Source: a virus
Virus record (IMG/VR): IMGVR_UViG_3300034069_000021
Span: 1-64,000 of that record
Direction: 5' to 3' (one strand)
DNA length: 64,000 nt
Position numbers and translations under genes: made by a program. This document shows positions 18,181-28,200 of the stretch, piece by piece; position 1 is the first letter of the stretch, and the number at the start of each line of letters is the position of its first letter. The notes below the pieces were generated by a model. That model was not told the DNA's origin and did no database searches. It worked only from the letters and a program-made list of their open reading frames with translations.

Positions 18181-18557
18181 TCCACCACGGTCCAGGTGAT
18201 CACCGGGGCGGTCACCAGGTCCACCGACCGGACGAACGCGTTGCCCTGGTTGGCCTCACGGGTCAGCGCCAGCTGCTGGCGGGCGGTGGCCTCGTCGGGG
18301 TAGACCTGCACGGTGTACTGCCACCACTCGTCGTGCTCAGCGATCAGCGCCAGCACGTCCTGGTACCAGGTGGCCATGACCGCGTTCCACGCGGCGTAGT
18401 CGATAGCCTGCTGGGCCTCGGCCTCGGCCACCTGCTCCTCGGTCATGCCCTCGTAGTTGATCGGCGCGGGCGCGGGAATCTGCTCGGGCATCTCGCCCTC
18501 GGGGATGATCGGCACCTCCTGGCGCACGCCCCACTGGACCGTCGTCGGCTGAGTCAT
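18177..18557 (-). CDS. Hypothetical virion protein
   Basis: 126-aa ORF in the tail block. Confidence 0.65.
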   Translation of the reverse strand: MTQPTTVQWGVRQEVPIIPEGEMPEQIPAPAPINYEGMTEEQVAEAEAQQAIDYAAWNAVMATWYQDVLALIAEHDEWWQYTVQVYPDEATARQQLALTREANQGNAFVRSVDLVTAPVITWTVVE

Positions 18558-18565
18558 GGGTCTCC

Positions 18566-18952
18566 TTACGCCGCCAGGCCGGTGATGCCGAGCGTGATGC
18601 CGGTGAGTCGGATGATGTCGCCGGAAATGCCGCCCTTGGACACCGACGCCGCCGCCGTCCAGAGGCAGTTGCCGCCGGTCGGCGCGTCCCAGAGGGAGCC
18701 ATGCGTGATGGTCTCGGTCGCGTTCAGGGTCAGCTCGGGGGTGCCGGTCATGGTGATCAGACCCGACGCCGCCGCCGCCCAGGTGGTCGCCAGGCGGGTT
18801 GCCTGGGCGCTGGCGTTAGCCGCGCCGGTCGCGCCGGGGTCTCCGGTGTGAGCCTTGAAGTACACCGTCGCGGGCGGCGTCCAGGTGACGCCGGAACGGA
18901 AGGTGTGATCCAGCAGCTTGTTCACCAGATACGCGGTAGGTCCGACGGCCAT
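18566..18952 (-). CDS. Hypothetical or minor tail protein
   Basis: 128-aa ORF in the tail block. Confidence 0.65.
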   Translation of the reverse strand: MAVGPTAYLVNKLLDHTFRSGVTWTPPATVYFKAHTGDPGATGAANASAQATRLATTWAAAASGLITMTGTPELTLNATETITHGSLWDAPTGGNCLWTAAASVSKGGISGDIIRLTGITLGITGLAA

Positions 18953-18961
18953 GGCCCGAGT

Positions 18962-20188
18962 CTATCCCTGGCCCGCGCGGAACCAGACCTGGCCGCGTGC
19001 TCCCGCGCCGCCCGAGCTGGCCCCGAACCCGCCGCCAGCGCCGCCGCCGCCCGGCGCGATCCCCGCGTTGCCGAGCGAGCCCTGGCCCCCGCCACCGGCA
19101 TAGGTCACGCCGTTGAACGTGTAGCTGCCAGGGCTCTCGCCGCCGGGGTTGGTCACGCCCATGTTGCCGGTGCCGCCGTTGGCCAGCAGCGTGGCCAGGC
19201 CCGCGCCGGGGAACACGTAGGTCTGCCCGCCGGGGCCACCGTTGCCGGTGCCGCCCGCGCCGATTGTCGCCTGCATGACCGTCTGAGACCAGGGCAGCTG
19301 CGATCCCCGGTAGTACCGTTGGGCGTTCCACTCACCGGCCCGGCCACCCGAGCCATTGCCCCAGACGATGCCCGTACCGGCCTCGCCCGCGCCGAGCACC
19401 ACGACGTCGATCCACTCGGCGGCGCGCGGGATGGTGTAGTTCCCCGAGGCGGTGAGGATGGTGGTCGCGCCCGCATATGGCCGGAAGCCGAACGTCAGCG
19501 TCTCGCCCGAGCCCGCGCCGCTGGAGAACGGGGCCATGGAGCTGATGCTGTTGAGACCGATCGCGCCGAGCGCGTACCCGAGGTAGACGTAGCTGCCCGC
19601 CGCCGGGTCGTACACAATCGGCCCGACCGAGACGAACTCCAGCAGGTAGATCCGAACCAGGGCCAGCGCCTCGGAGGCGTCGGTGGTCTGGGTCATCGCC
19701 AGCGTCACCAGACGTTCCAGGCTCAGCGCCTCGGTGGTGTCGGCGGTCTGGGTCAGCGCCACCGTGCCGATGCGCGCCAGCGCCAGGGCCTCGCTAGATC
19801 CCGCCTGGCTGGTCGCCAGAGCCATTTCCATCACCTTGACGAGGCCGAGGGCCTGGTAACCCGGCGCTGTCCGGCTGAGGGCCAGCATGGCGATCTTCTG
19901 GAGGGTGGCCGACTCGACGGCCTCGGTGGTCTCGGTGAGCGCCACCATGGCGATCTTCCGCAGCGTCATCGACTCGCTCGACGCCGCCAGGTTGGTCAGT
20001 GCCCAGACCTTGATCGCGCGCAGCGTCATGGCCTGGCTGCGACCGGCGGTCTGGCGGGCGTCGATGGTCAGCACCGCCCACCAGCCGACCTCCACCACCG
20101 GATCCACGCCGGGAGTCGGCTCATCGTCAGTCCAGCCGGGCGCGCCCACCGTGATCGGGGCGGGCGGCGCGTCGAACCACCCGGCCAT
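18962..20188 (-). CDS. Minor tail (fibre) protein with tandem repeats and Gly-rich C-terminal domain
   Basis: About 6.5 repeats of 20 aa. The C-terminus (GVTYAGGGGQG, APGGGGAGGG) is paralogous to the C-terminus of 20188-22689. Confidence 0.75.
   Translation of the reverse strand: MAGWFDAPPAPITVGAPGWTDDEPTPGVDPVVEVGWWAVLTIDARQTAGRSQAMTLRAIKVWALTNLAASSESMTLRKIAMVALTETTEAVESATLQKIAMLALSRTAPGYQALGLVKVMEMALATSQAGSSEALALARIGTVALTQTADTTEALSLERLVTLAMTQTTDASEALALVRIYLLEFVSVGPIVYDPAAGSYVYLGYALGAIGLNSISSMAPFSSGAGSGETLTFGFRPYAGATTILTASGNYTIPRAAEWIDVVVLGAGEAGTGIVWGNGSGGRAGEWNAQRYYRGSQLPWSQTVMQATIGAGGTGNGGPGGQTYVFPGAGLATLLANGGTGNMGVTNPGGESPGSYTFNGVTYAGGGGQGSLGNAGIAPGGGGAGGGFGASSGGAGARGQVWFRAGQG
19649..20038 (-). 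repeat. About 6.5 degenerate tandem 60-nt (20-aa) repeats inside the fibre gene
   Basis: Units such as SEALALARIGTVALTQTADT / TEALSLERLVTLAMTQTTDA (aa 51-180). Confidence 0.8.
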
Positions 20189-22689
20189 CAGTTGTTGTTC
20201 TGCCGCGCGACGACCCAGGCCCCGCCACGCGCACCCGCGCCACCGGCCCAGGCCACCGTGTAGAAGCCGCCAGCGCCGCCCGCGCCCGAGCCGCCCGGCG
20301 CGCTGCCCGGCTGGCCGTTCTGCGCCGAGGCGCTGACGCCGCCCTGACCGCCCGCGTAGGTGATCCCCCGGTACGTCAGGTTGGGCGGGTTGGGACTACG
20401 GCCCTGGGCGTCGTTGGTGTTGTAGCCGTTGCGGGCCAGACCGCCGGGGGCACTCAGCGCCGCCTTGCCGCCGCTGATGGCACGCCGCGTGGTCGCGCCG
20501 CCGGACTGGCCGTTGGCCTTGCGCCCGCCGCCCGCGCCGCCCGCGCCGATGTCCAGGATGAGCTGGGTCGCGTTCACCGGGAAGTCGACGCCGCGCACCA
20601 GGGTCTCGGTGAACCACTGGCCGGGCAGGCCCGCGAGGCCGTGGAGGCTGGTGCCGCCGCTGCCGCCGTGGCCACCGCCAGCGGCGCTGATACCTACCAC
20701 GTCCACGTAGTTGGCCCACGTCGGGATGGCGTACACCTGGCCTGCGCCGGGCGTGGCGAACTCGGTGGTGCGGGGCGCGTAGAACGGCGGCGCGATGTCG
20801 CCCTCCACGATGCCGACGCCCACCCAGGGGATGTCCCCGGCGTAGGTGATCGAGCCGAGGCCGATGGTCCCCGCCGCGCCCGAGCGCGTGCCCGCCGGTC
20901 GGCGCGGGATCATCGCGGTGTCGGAGGGGAGCCAGCTGGCGTAGTGCCCGGCGATCTCATGGGTGCCGGTGCCCTGGGGCCGGATGGCGAACATGAGTAC
21001 GTCACCGTGGACCACCGGCACGCGGTTGGCCGTGATCATGTTGTAGCGCATGACCTTCCAGGCCGTGCTCGCCTGGGGGAGGAGGTCGAAGCTGCTATGC
21101 AGCAGCTGGGCCTGGTTGGTGGTCTTGTTCACCCGGTAGACGTCCACGTACAGCGCGGTCAGGGTGCCGTTGTTGCGCCCGAACCACATGACCGAGCCGC
21201 GCGTGTCGTCCTGCTCGGCCATCCAGAACACCACCGGCACCGAGCTGGCCGTGGCCGGGACGACGGGCGGATCAGCACCCACGCCGCCCGCGAACGGGAT
21301 CTGGTACATGCTGACCACGGTCGGGTCCATGCCCGAGTCGAACCCGTTGGCATCGCGGATGCCGAGGATGGCGTTGTTCCATTCACCGATCTGCGCCGCC
21401 TGGTCGGCGGTCTCGGCGATGTTCGACGCCGCGTTCGCCGCGTCCGCGATGCTCTTGCCGCCGACGCCGATCTGCCGCGCGAACCCGCCCCACAGCTGGT
21501 TCCACGTCTCCGCGATGGTCTCGAAGATGTTCGGCATACCGCCGAGCCCGAGCACGTTCAGCGGGTTGATCTGCTGGAGCGCGTCGAACATCTCGGCCAG
21601 GGTCTTCGGCGCGTCCAGCACCGACCGGGTGATGCCGGTCCAGACGCTGTTGATCATGTCCTGGAGCTTCTGCGCCGCCGTCGTCAGCGCGCCGACCAGG
21701 CCCGAGACGAACGACTGCGGGAACGCGCCGACCTTGCGCACCGAGGCGTCATCGAACTTGACGACGCCAGCGGTGGCCCCGGCGGTCACGGTCAGCTCAA
21801 TGACCACGTAGGCGGCGGTGGCGGGCGGCGTCCACTCGGCCACGGCCAGGCGCTCATCCCATCCGGCCTTGGTTCCCGCGCCGCTGGTGCTCGCGAGCAC
21901 GGTCGGCTCGGTGCCGATGCGCTGGTCGTCGGCGGTGTAGCTGCTCACGGCCAGCTGGATCGACCCGGCGGTGGACGTCAGGCTCAGCCACCGGGTAAAC
22001 ACCTCGATGGCCAGCTTGTCGCCGTCGGGGCCGGTCTCCACCTCGATGGGATTGGAGTGGATGATGTGCGTGTTGCCGTCGGCCACGGTGTACGCCGCGC
22101 CGGGACGGCTCTTGCCGTCCTCCTCGTCGTAGTCCCAGTCGGGGAACCCGGCCAGGCTGGCCTCGTCATCGAACGACCCGTCCGTGAGCAGGTTGGGGTT
22201 GACGTCGCGGATATGGCTCAGCGGGATGATCGGCAGCCGGGCCGAGCTGATCAGCCCGCCCAGCTCCACGCGGAAGAAGTTGGCCAGGCTGGCCAGCGCG
22301 TCCACCGGGTTGCTCAGGATGCCGGTGAGCTTGTGGTAGAGGTCGGTGAACGCCGACACGATCATGCCGGGGACGTCGGGCAGCGTCGGGATGTCCGGCA
22401 GGCCGTCGATGGCGGCGCTGAGCTGAGCGTTCGTCACGTAGCCGGTCAGGTCCACCTCGACGGGCGTTGCCGCCGCGCCCAGGGACTCCTCGGTCGCGCC
22501 GCTCTCGTCAATCAGGACCGTATGGCCGGGCCGGGTGGCCCGCAGGTTGCCGCTGATCGGGTCGGTGCTGATCACCCAGGGGCCGACGCGCAGCGTGTTC
22601 GTCGTCTCCAGCTTGCGGAGACGGAGGTGCATGTCGCGGATCAGCTCGTCGTCGTTGGCCGGGGCCATGCCCGGTAGCGCGGCGGTCAC
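20188..22689 (-). CDS. Minor tail protein (833 aa) with Gly-rich C-terminal domain
   Basis: N-terminal motif LRLRKLETTNTLRVGPWVI. C-terminal motifs GGHGGSGG.., ITYAGGQGG, APGGSGAGGAGG. Confidence 0.8.
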   Translation of the reverse strand: MTAALPGMAPANDDELIRDMHLRLRKLETTNTLRVGPWVISTDPISGNLRATRPGHTVLIDESGATEESLGAAATPVEVDLTGYVTNAQLSAAIDGLPDIPTLPDVPGMIVSAFTDLYHKLTGILSNPVDALASLANFFRVELGGLISSARLPIIPLSHIRDVNPNLLTDGSFDDEASLAGFPDWDYDEEDGKSRPGAAYTVADGNTHIIHSNPIEVETGPDGDKLAIEVFTRWLSLTSTAGSIQLAVSSYTADDQRIGTEPTVLASTSGAGTKAGWDERLAVAEWTPPATAAYVVIELTVTAGATAGVVKFDDASVRKVGAFPQSFVSGLVGALTTAAQKLQDMINSVWTGITRSVLDAPKTLAEMFDALQQINPLNVLGLGGMPNIFETIAETWNQLWGGFARQIGVGGKSIADAANAASNIAETADQAAQIGEWNNAILGIRDANGFDSGMDPTVVSMYQIPFAGGVGADPPVVPATASSVPVVFWMAEQDDTRGSVMWFGRNNGTLTALYVDVYRVNKTTNQAQLLHSSFDLLPQASTAWKVMRYNMITANRVPVVHGDVLMFAIRPQGTGTHEIAGHYASWLPSDTAMIPRRPAGTRSGAAGTIGLGSITYAGDIPWVGVGIVEGDIAPPFYAPRTTEFATPGAGQVYAIPTWANYVDVVGISAAGGGHGGSGGTSLHGLAGLPGQWFTETLVRGVDFPVNATQLILDIGAGGAGGGRKANGQSGGATTRRAISGGKAALSAPGGLARNGYNTNDAQGRSPNPPNLTYRGITYAGGQGGVSASAQNGQPGSAPGGSGAGGAGGFYTVAWAGGAGARGGAWVVARQNNN

Positions 22690-23777
22690 CGGGCGCTCGC
22701 CCCGCTGCCCAGGGTCACCGACGGCCCCGCCTTCGTGTCGGTCAGCTCCAGCTCGGGTTCCACGCTCTCCATTGTGACCCGTACCGACGCCGCGCCCTGA
22801 CGCCGCTCCACGTCGACCGCCTTGAGTTCAAAGAGCTGGCGGATGCCGCGCGCCTCGATCACGAACCGGGCGCTGGGCATCAGATCCTCGATGCTGACCG
22901 GCGCGGTGGCCTTGAGCACGGTGTTCGGCGGCAGCTCCAGCCGGACGCGCGGCTTGCCGGTCTCACGGATGTAGTCCTGAGCCGCGCCCTTGACGTTGCT
23001 CACGCCGAACATCGAGTCCAGGTTGACGATGGTCTGGAGGTTCTGGCCGTAGTAGTCGGTGCGGGCTCGGGCCAGGTTGTCGGCCCCGCGCACCAGCACG
23101 TCGTTGTAGGTGGCCGAGCCGTCCTTCACGAACGTGATGCCATCACCCTCGAAGTCGTCCTCGCTGAGCGTGGCCACCGGCTCACGGCTCACCGGGCCGA
23201 GGATCGGCGTTCCGCTGACCACCGCGTATCGCAGACCGAGGTCGGTCAGCTCGGTGAACGTCCGGTCCAGCATCTGCTCGTCCGCGACCGTCTGGAAGTC
23301 GTAGGTCTTGCCCTCGGGATCAGGGCGCACGATGGGCCGAGCGTTGATCCCCTGGGCCTCGACCATGCGGGTCCACAGCTCCCCGGCGATCCTGGCCGGG
23401 GGCGCGGCGTCCCAGCGCCGGGTGATCGGCGCGCGGGTCCGGCTGAGGTAGGCGGCGTGGTCCTTGGCGCTGACCGTGAGCCCGCCCCGGTTGTCCTTGG
23501 CGGTCATCACCGGGCCAGTCCAGAGCAGCTGGCCGTTGTCGCCGTCGTACACCGAGGCCCAATCGCGCCACGTCTCGATCTCGGCCAACCGGTCGATGTC
23601 GAAGTCCGGCGGCGCGGTCAGGTCGAACCGGCTCGCGTCACGCCCGACCCGGCCCCACGTGATCGACGTGTACTCGTCGGGGTCGAACTGGAGCAGCTGG
23701 ACGCCCCGAGCGGTGTGGATGCTGACCACCTGGTCCTCGGTGACCACACGGTGCTCATCGTCACCGCGCGCCATCAC
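22686..23777 (-). CDS. Minor tail protein
   Basis: 363-aa ORF with 4-nt overlaps; second gene after the tape measure. Confidence 0.7.
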   Translation of the reverse strand: MMARGDDEHRVVTEDQVVSIHTARGVQLLQFDPDEYTSITWGRVGRDASRFDLTAPPDFDIDRLAEIETWRDWASVYDGDNGQLLWTGPVMTAKDNRGGLTVSAKDHAAYLSRTRAPITRRWDAAPPARIAGELWTRMVEAQGINARPIVRPDPEGKTYDFQTVADEQMLDRTFTELTDLGLRYAVVSGTPILGPVSREPVATLSEDDFEGDGITFVKDGSATYNDVLVRGADNLARARTDYYGQNLQTIVNLDSMFGVSNVKGAAQDYIRETGKPRVRLELPPNTVLKATAPVSIEDLMPSARFVIEARGIRQLFELKAVDVERRQGAASVRVTMESVEPELELTDTKAGPSVTLGSGASAR

Positions 23778-25207
23778 GCCTCCCGGTCAGTGAGCGACAG
23801 GGTGACGTCGAAGCTCGCGGCGGTCGGCGCGATGACCACGAACTCCCAGCAGTCCGAGCGGTCGATGACCGGCGGTCGCCAGGGCGCGCCCTTGGGCGTG
23901 GCCACCATGCCGTAGGGGCGGCGCTTCCGGCCACCGAGGTACACGTGGTAGCCCTTGGTGATCCCGTCCAGGATCAGCTCGGCGTCCGGCGGGAGGCTGG
24001 TCACCTGGAGCGGCCACTGGTCGGTATCGCAGTCGTCGCGAGCGTTGCAGCGCCGCCAGAACGCCTGGAGCGTCAGGTTGTCGGCCCCGGTGTTGCGGAC
24101 GCGCGTGGTCACCGAGGTCTCGGCGGTGCGGAATGGCCGGTCGAACGTCGGAACCTCGTAGACGTAGGTGTCGATGCCGCTCACGGGCATACAGCCGCCG
24201 CACGTCGGCGGCGGGGTCTCCACCGCGTCGATCCGCTCGATGGCGCAGTCCTCGGCGAACAGGGCGGGCATCGGCGCGCAGCTGTAGGTCTCGCGGCAGT
24301 CGGCGGCGTGGACCCAGCTGATCGGCGTCACGTCGATCTCGTCCCACTCCACCGGCAACGTGACCGGCGGGCCGTAGGCGTAGGGCCGGGTGGCCGTCAG
24401 CTCCCACTGGACGCGGTACATGGTGGCTTGCTGGTGCTCGCCCCGGCTGGCGTTCACCGCCTGGGTCACCTCGGGCTGCTGAGTCATCACTACGCCGTGA
24501 AGCTCGCGGATCAGCGACTCGGGGTCAGCCGCCGACTCACCGGGGTGCGCGGCCATGTAGCGGAGCGTGGAGTTGGGCCGGTTGATCGTGGCGCGGATCT
24601 GAGTCTTGAGCCACTGGAGCCCATGGGTCAGGCCCGCGTTCGTGCAGGCCACCAGCAGCGCGTCGAACTGGACGCGGCGGCTGCCGTCACGGTGAGGCCC
24701 AGGCGCGCCGCCGCTCCCGGCCATCTCGGTGACCTCACGGCCACCAGGCGCGCCGTCCAGGCCCTTGACGTCCATCACCCAGATCCCACCGAACTCGGCT
24801 GACTCGGGCACCTGGAGCGAGTACCACGGGGCCAGCTCGGGGCGGTAGATCGTGTCGCCCAGCATGGCCTGGAGGCCCGGCCAGCTGTCGTCGTAGGTGA
24901 TCTGGCCCCGGCACCCGAAGCACATGTTCTCGGGGCTCCAGCAGTCACCGACCAGGGCCAGCAACGGGCTGTAGAGCCGCGACCCGTCGGGCGGCGTAGC
25001 CAGCAGCCGACCGGGCGCGATCAGCTCCTGACTCGGGGCCAGCTCGGCCAGCAGCCGCCCCGGCGCGATGGGCGTCAGCGCGCAGTCCACCGCCTGGCCG
25101 AGGAGGCCCAGGTCGTTGGTCGGCGGGTCCATGCCGAGGTGGGTCGCCACCCGGCTGGAGTTCGCGATCTCGACACCGTTCAGGGCGAAGTAGCCTCGGA
25201 ACGCCAC
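23774..25207 (-). CDS. Minor tail protein
   Basis: GTG start with a GGAGG SD; lies immediately downstream of the tape measure. N-terminus MAFRGYFALNGVEI. Confidence 0.7.
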   Translation of the reverse strand: MAFRGYFALNGVEIANSSRVATHLGMDPPTNDLGLLGQAVDCALTPIAPGRLLAELAPSQELIAPGRLLATPPDGSRLYSPLLALVGDCWSPENMCFGCRGQITYDDSWPGLQAMLGDTIYRPELAPWYSLQVPESAEFGGIWVMDVKGLDGAPGGREVTEMAGSGGAPGPHRDGSRRVQFDALLVACTNAGLTHGLQWLKTQIRATINRPNSTLRYMAAHPGESAADPESLIRELHGVVMTQQPEVTQAVNASRGEHQQATMYRVQWELTATRPYAYGPPVTLPVEWDEIDVTPISWVHAADCRETYSCAPMPALFAEDCAIERIDAVETPPPTCGGCMPVSGIDTYVYEVPTFDRPFRTAETSVTTRVRNTGADNLTLQAFWRRCNARDDCDTDQWPLQVTSLPPDAELILDGITKGYHVYLGGRKRRPYGMVATPKGAPWRPPVIDRSDCWEFVVIAPTAASFDVTLSLTDREA

Positions 25208-25216
25208 GTTCGCCTC

Positions 25217-28200
25217 CTACGACATCAAGCGGACCAGTCGGTCGCTGACCTGCTCGGCGGTCTCGCGGCCACCACCGATCACAGTAATGGGTGCGGACAC
25301 GTGGTTGGTCCGACCGCCGCCGAACCCGCCGTTCTCCAGGGCCTTCACGAACCGGGTGAACAGGTCGGTCTCCACCGGCTTGAGCACCAGCTCGTCGGCG
25401 TCCACGTCCTTGAGCATGAGGCCCTTGCCGGTGGCCATGCCGCCCTGGTCGAACGGGATGCCGGGGATGAGGGTCGACGCGCCACCGAACAGCCCGCCGA
25501 ACAGGCCAGCGAACGCGCCGAACAGCCCGCCGACCAACGTCGTCAGGAACCCGCCCGCCGGGTCGAACAGGCCCGCCAGCAGCCCGCCGCCGAACACGTT
25601 GCTCACCAGGTCGGGCGCGGCTGATTGCAGGCCCTCGGCCACCACGTTGATCAGCTGCTCGGACATGGCCAGGGCGAAGTCCGTACCGATCTCGGCGGCG
25701 ATCTCGACGCCCGCCTGGCCCGCCGAGCTGATCAGGCTGGAGACGATGCCGCCAGCGCCGGGGGCCTGAGTGTTCACCGCCGCGCCCGCCGCGCTCGCGC
25801 CCGCCTGGATGGCCGCGTTCGCCACCGCCTTGGTGATCGGGACGATGACCTTCTCGATGATGTACTTGATGATGGCCTGGATGACGATCTTGAGGATGCG
25901 GATGCGCTCCTCGGCGGCGGTCTCGGTGCTGGACTGCGTGCGCTCGATCAGGCCCGAGGTGTCGTTGAGCAGTCGGCCCTGAGCGTCGAACGCCTTGAAC
26001 GCGTCACCTCGGAATCCACGGAACTCGTCGGTCATCTCGTTGAGGGTGTCGCGGCTCTCGATCTCCACGCCGATCACCTGGAGCAGGGTGCGGATGATCA
26101 GGTTGACGATGGCCCCGAGGATCGGCACCTCGGAGACCCCGAAGAACTCAGCGCCCACCGCGTCGTTGCCGATCACGCCGCCGCCCGTGGCGTACCGGCG
26201 CATCCCCTTGGACGCAATGTTGTCGATCTGAGAGAACCCGCCCATGCGGGCCACCTGAGCCGTGTTCAGCACGTACTCGCCCGGCATGAGCATGGCGGGC
26301 ACCGAGTCCTTGCCAGCCTGGCCACCGCTGACCGGCCCGCCACCCGCGAAGCCCTGAGCTACCACGCCAGCGAGCCCGTTGCCGACGTTCCCCGCGCCGC
26401 TGGTGTCAATCGGTAGCTGGCTCACCGCGCCGCTCACAGCGTCGGCAATGGGCGGCGCGGCGGCGTTGCCGAGCGCCGAGCCGATGGCCGTCGACACCGA
26501 GTCCTTGAGGGATTCGAGCGCGTTCTGCATACCGGCCTTGATGACCGGCTCCAGGGCCTGCTCCTCCAGCCGCTGCTGGACCTGAGTGATGACGTCCACC
26601 AGCTGCTCGCGCATGGCCCCGAGCTGGGCCTGGAGGCTGGAGAACGTGCGGTCCATCAGCCCGGCGGTGTCCGAGAACAGCCGACCCGAGGCGTCGTAGC
26701 CCTCCTCGTTCTTCTGCACCTGGTCCTGGTCGAACGCGCCGCCCGCCCGAGAGAAGTCCTGGACGTTGAACCCCATGGCCTCGGCCAGCGCCAGCGGGTT
26801 GCGCTCGTCAATCAGCTGGTCCAGGCCCGCCGCCGGGGCGCGCTTCCGCCAGCTCTCCTGCCCGAGCCCGGCGATGGCCCCGGTGATGTCGGTGGCCACG
26901 GTCCCCGCCGCGCCGCCCGCAGCGCCGAGGCCAGCGCCGAGAATCTGGTCCATGCCGGGCGGCATTCCGCCGTTCGGACCAGCCACGATGTAGACCGGGA
27001 CCGGCCCGCCACCCGAGTAGCCGAGCGCGTTCGCGCCGCCGCCAGCGCCGCCGGTCATGCTGTCCATGAAGCCGGGCGGGAGCGCGCCCACCGGCAGCGA
27101 CATGATGTTCGGCATACCCTCCGCGCCCTGGGCGTTGCCGCCGTAGGTCGCGCCCTGGCCGGTGCCGCCGCCCGACTCGAAGGCCACGCCGTTGGGCAGC
27201 GTCGAGCGCATGTGAGTGTCGCTCCAGCCGATCTGGAGCGCGCCGGGGACAGCGCCCTCGACCGCGCCGAGCTTGGTCAGAACGTCGCGGGCCGAACCGG
27301 TGGCGAACAGGCGCTCAGGCCCGGCCTGCCCCTTGGTGATCAGCTCCACCAGGTCACTCACCGCGCCCGAGCAGTCGGACAGGCCCTTGGCCAGGTCCGA
27401 TCCGCCCCACACGTACTTGCCACCCGAGGACCGCTGAGCCAGGTCCACCACGGCCCCGGCCATACCGGTGCCGGGCGCGGCGGTCGACGGGGCCAGCGCC
27501 CCGCCCGTGAGGCTGTTCGGATCCAGCCCCTGCTGCTTCATCAGCTGCTCGCGGTAGCGCGTCAGCGACTTGACCAGCGGCGTGTTCGTCTCGTCCAGCA
27601 CGCCGCCGTAGCCGCCCTGGCCGAGCACCTGGTCTACCAGGCCCGCGATCTGGTCGTCCTCCAGACCGCCCTTCTTCTTGTTCCGCGCCGAGGTCAGCGC
27701 GGTGATGATCGGGTCGTTCGCGTTCAGCCCGAGCCCGGCCACGTCGGCCAGGTCGCCGGACTTGGCGAACGCCGCCAGCGCCGCCGCCTGAGCCGCGTAG
27801 TTGACCGGGAGGCCCGCGCCGGTCACGCCCGGCAGCTGGCCGACGCCCATGCCGGGCGCGACGTAGGTCGACGGGTCAGCGCCGATCCACTTCTCGGGGT
27901 CGGCCCCGAGCGCCTGGAGCGCCGCCGCCGCCATCTCGTAGCCGGGGTCGCCGCGCTTCTTGAGCGGCGTGCCGAACGGCCCCATGGTGGTGCCGCTGGT
28001 GTCGGTCGCCGCCTGGGCGGCGGTGGCCGTGTTCGCCGCCGTCGCGGCCAGCGGGTTGGACGCCGCGCCGCCCTTGCCGCCGAGGAGGTCGCGGATCTGG
28101 ATGAGCACGCTCAGCTCGGTCTCGGGGCCGATGACCGGCGGCGGGCCGGGCAGCGCGCCGGTACCCAGGTGCGGCTCCACGCCGCCGTCGGCGTAGTACC

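Noticed and set aside
18953-18964. TAGACT-N6-ATG upstream of 18566-18952, and a similar pattern at terL, as leaderless promoters.
   Set aside because: In these cases the TA comes from the upstream TAG stop codon with a 9-nt intergenic gap. That is explained by gene packing and is not independent evidence.
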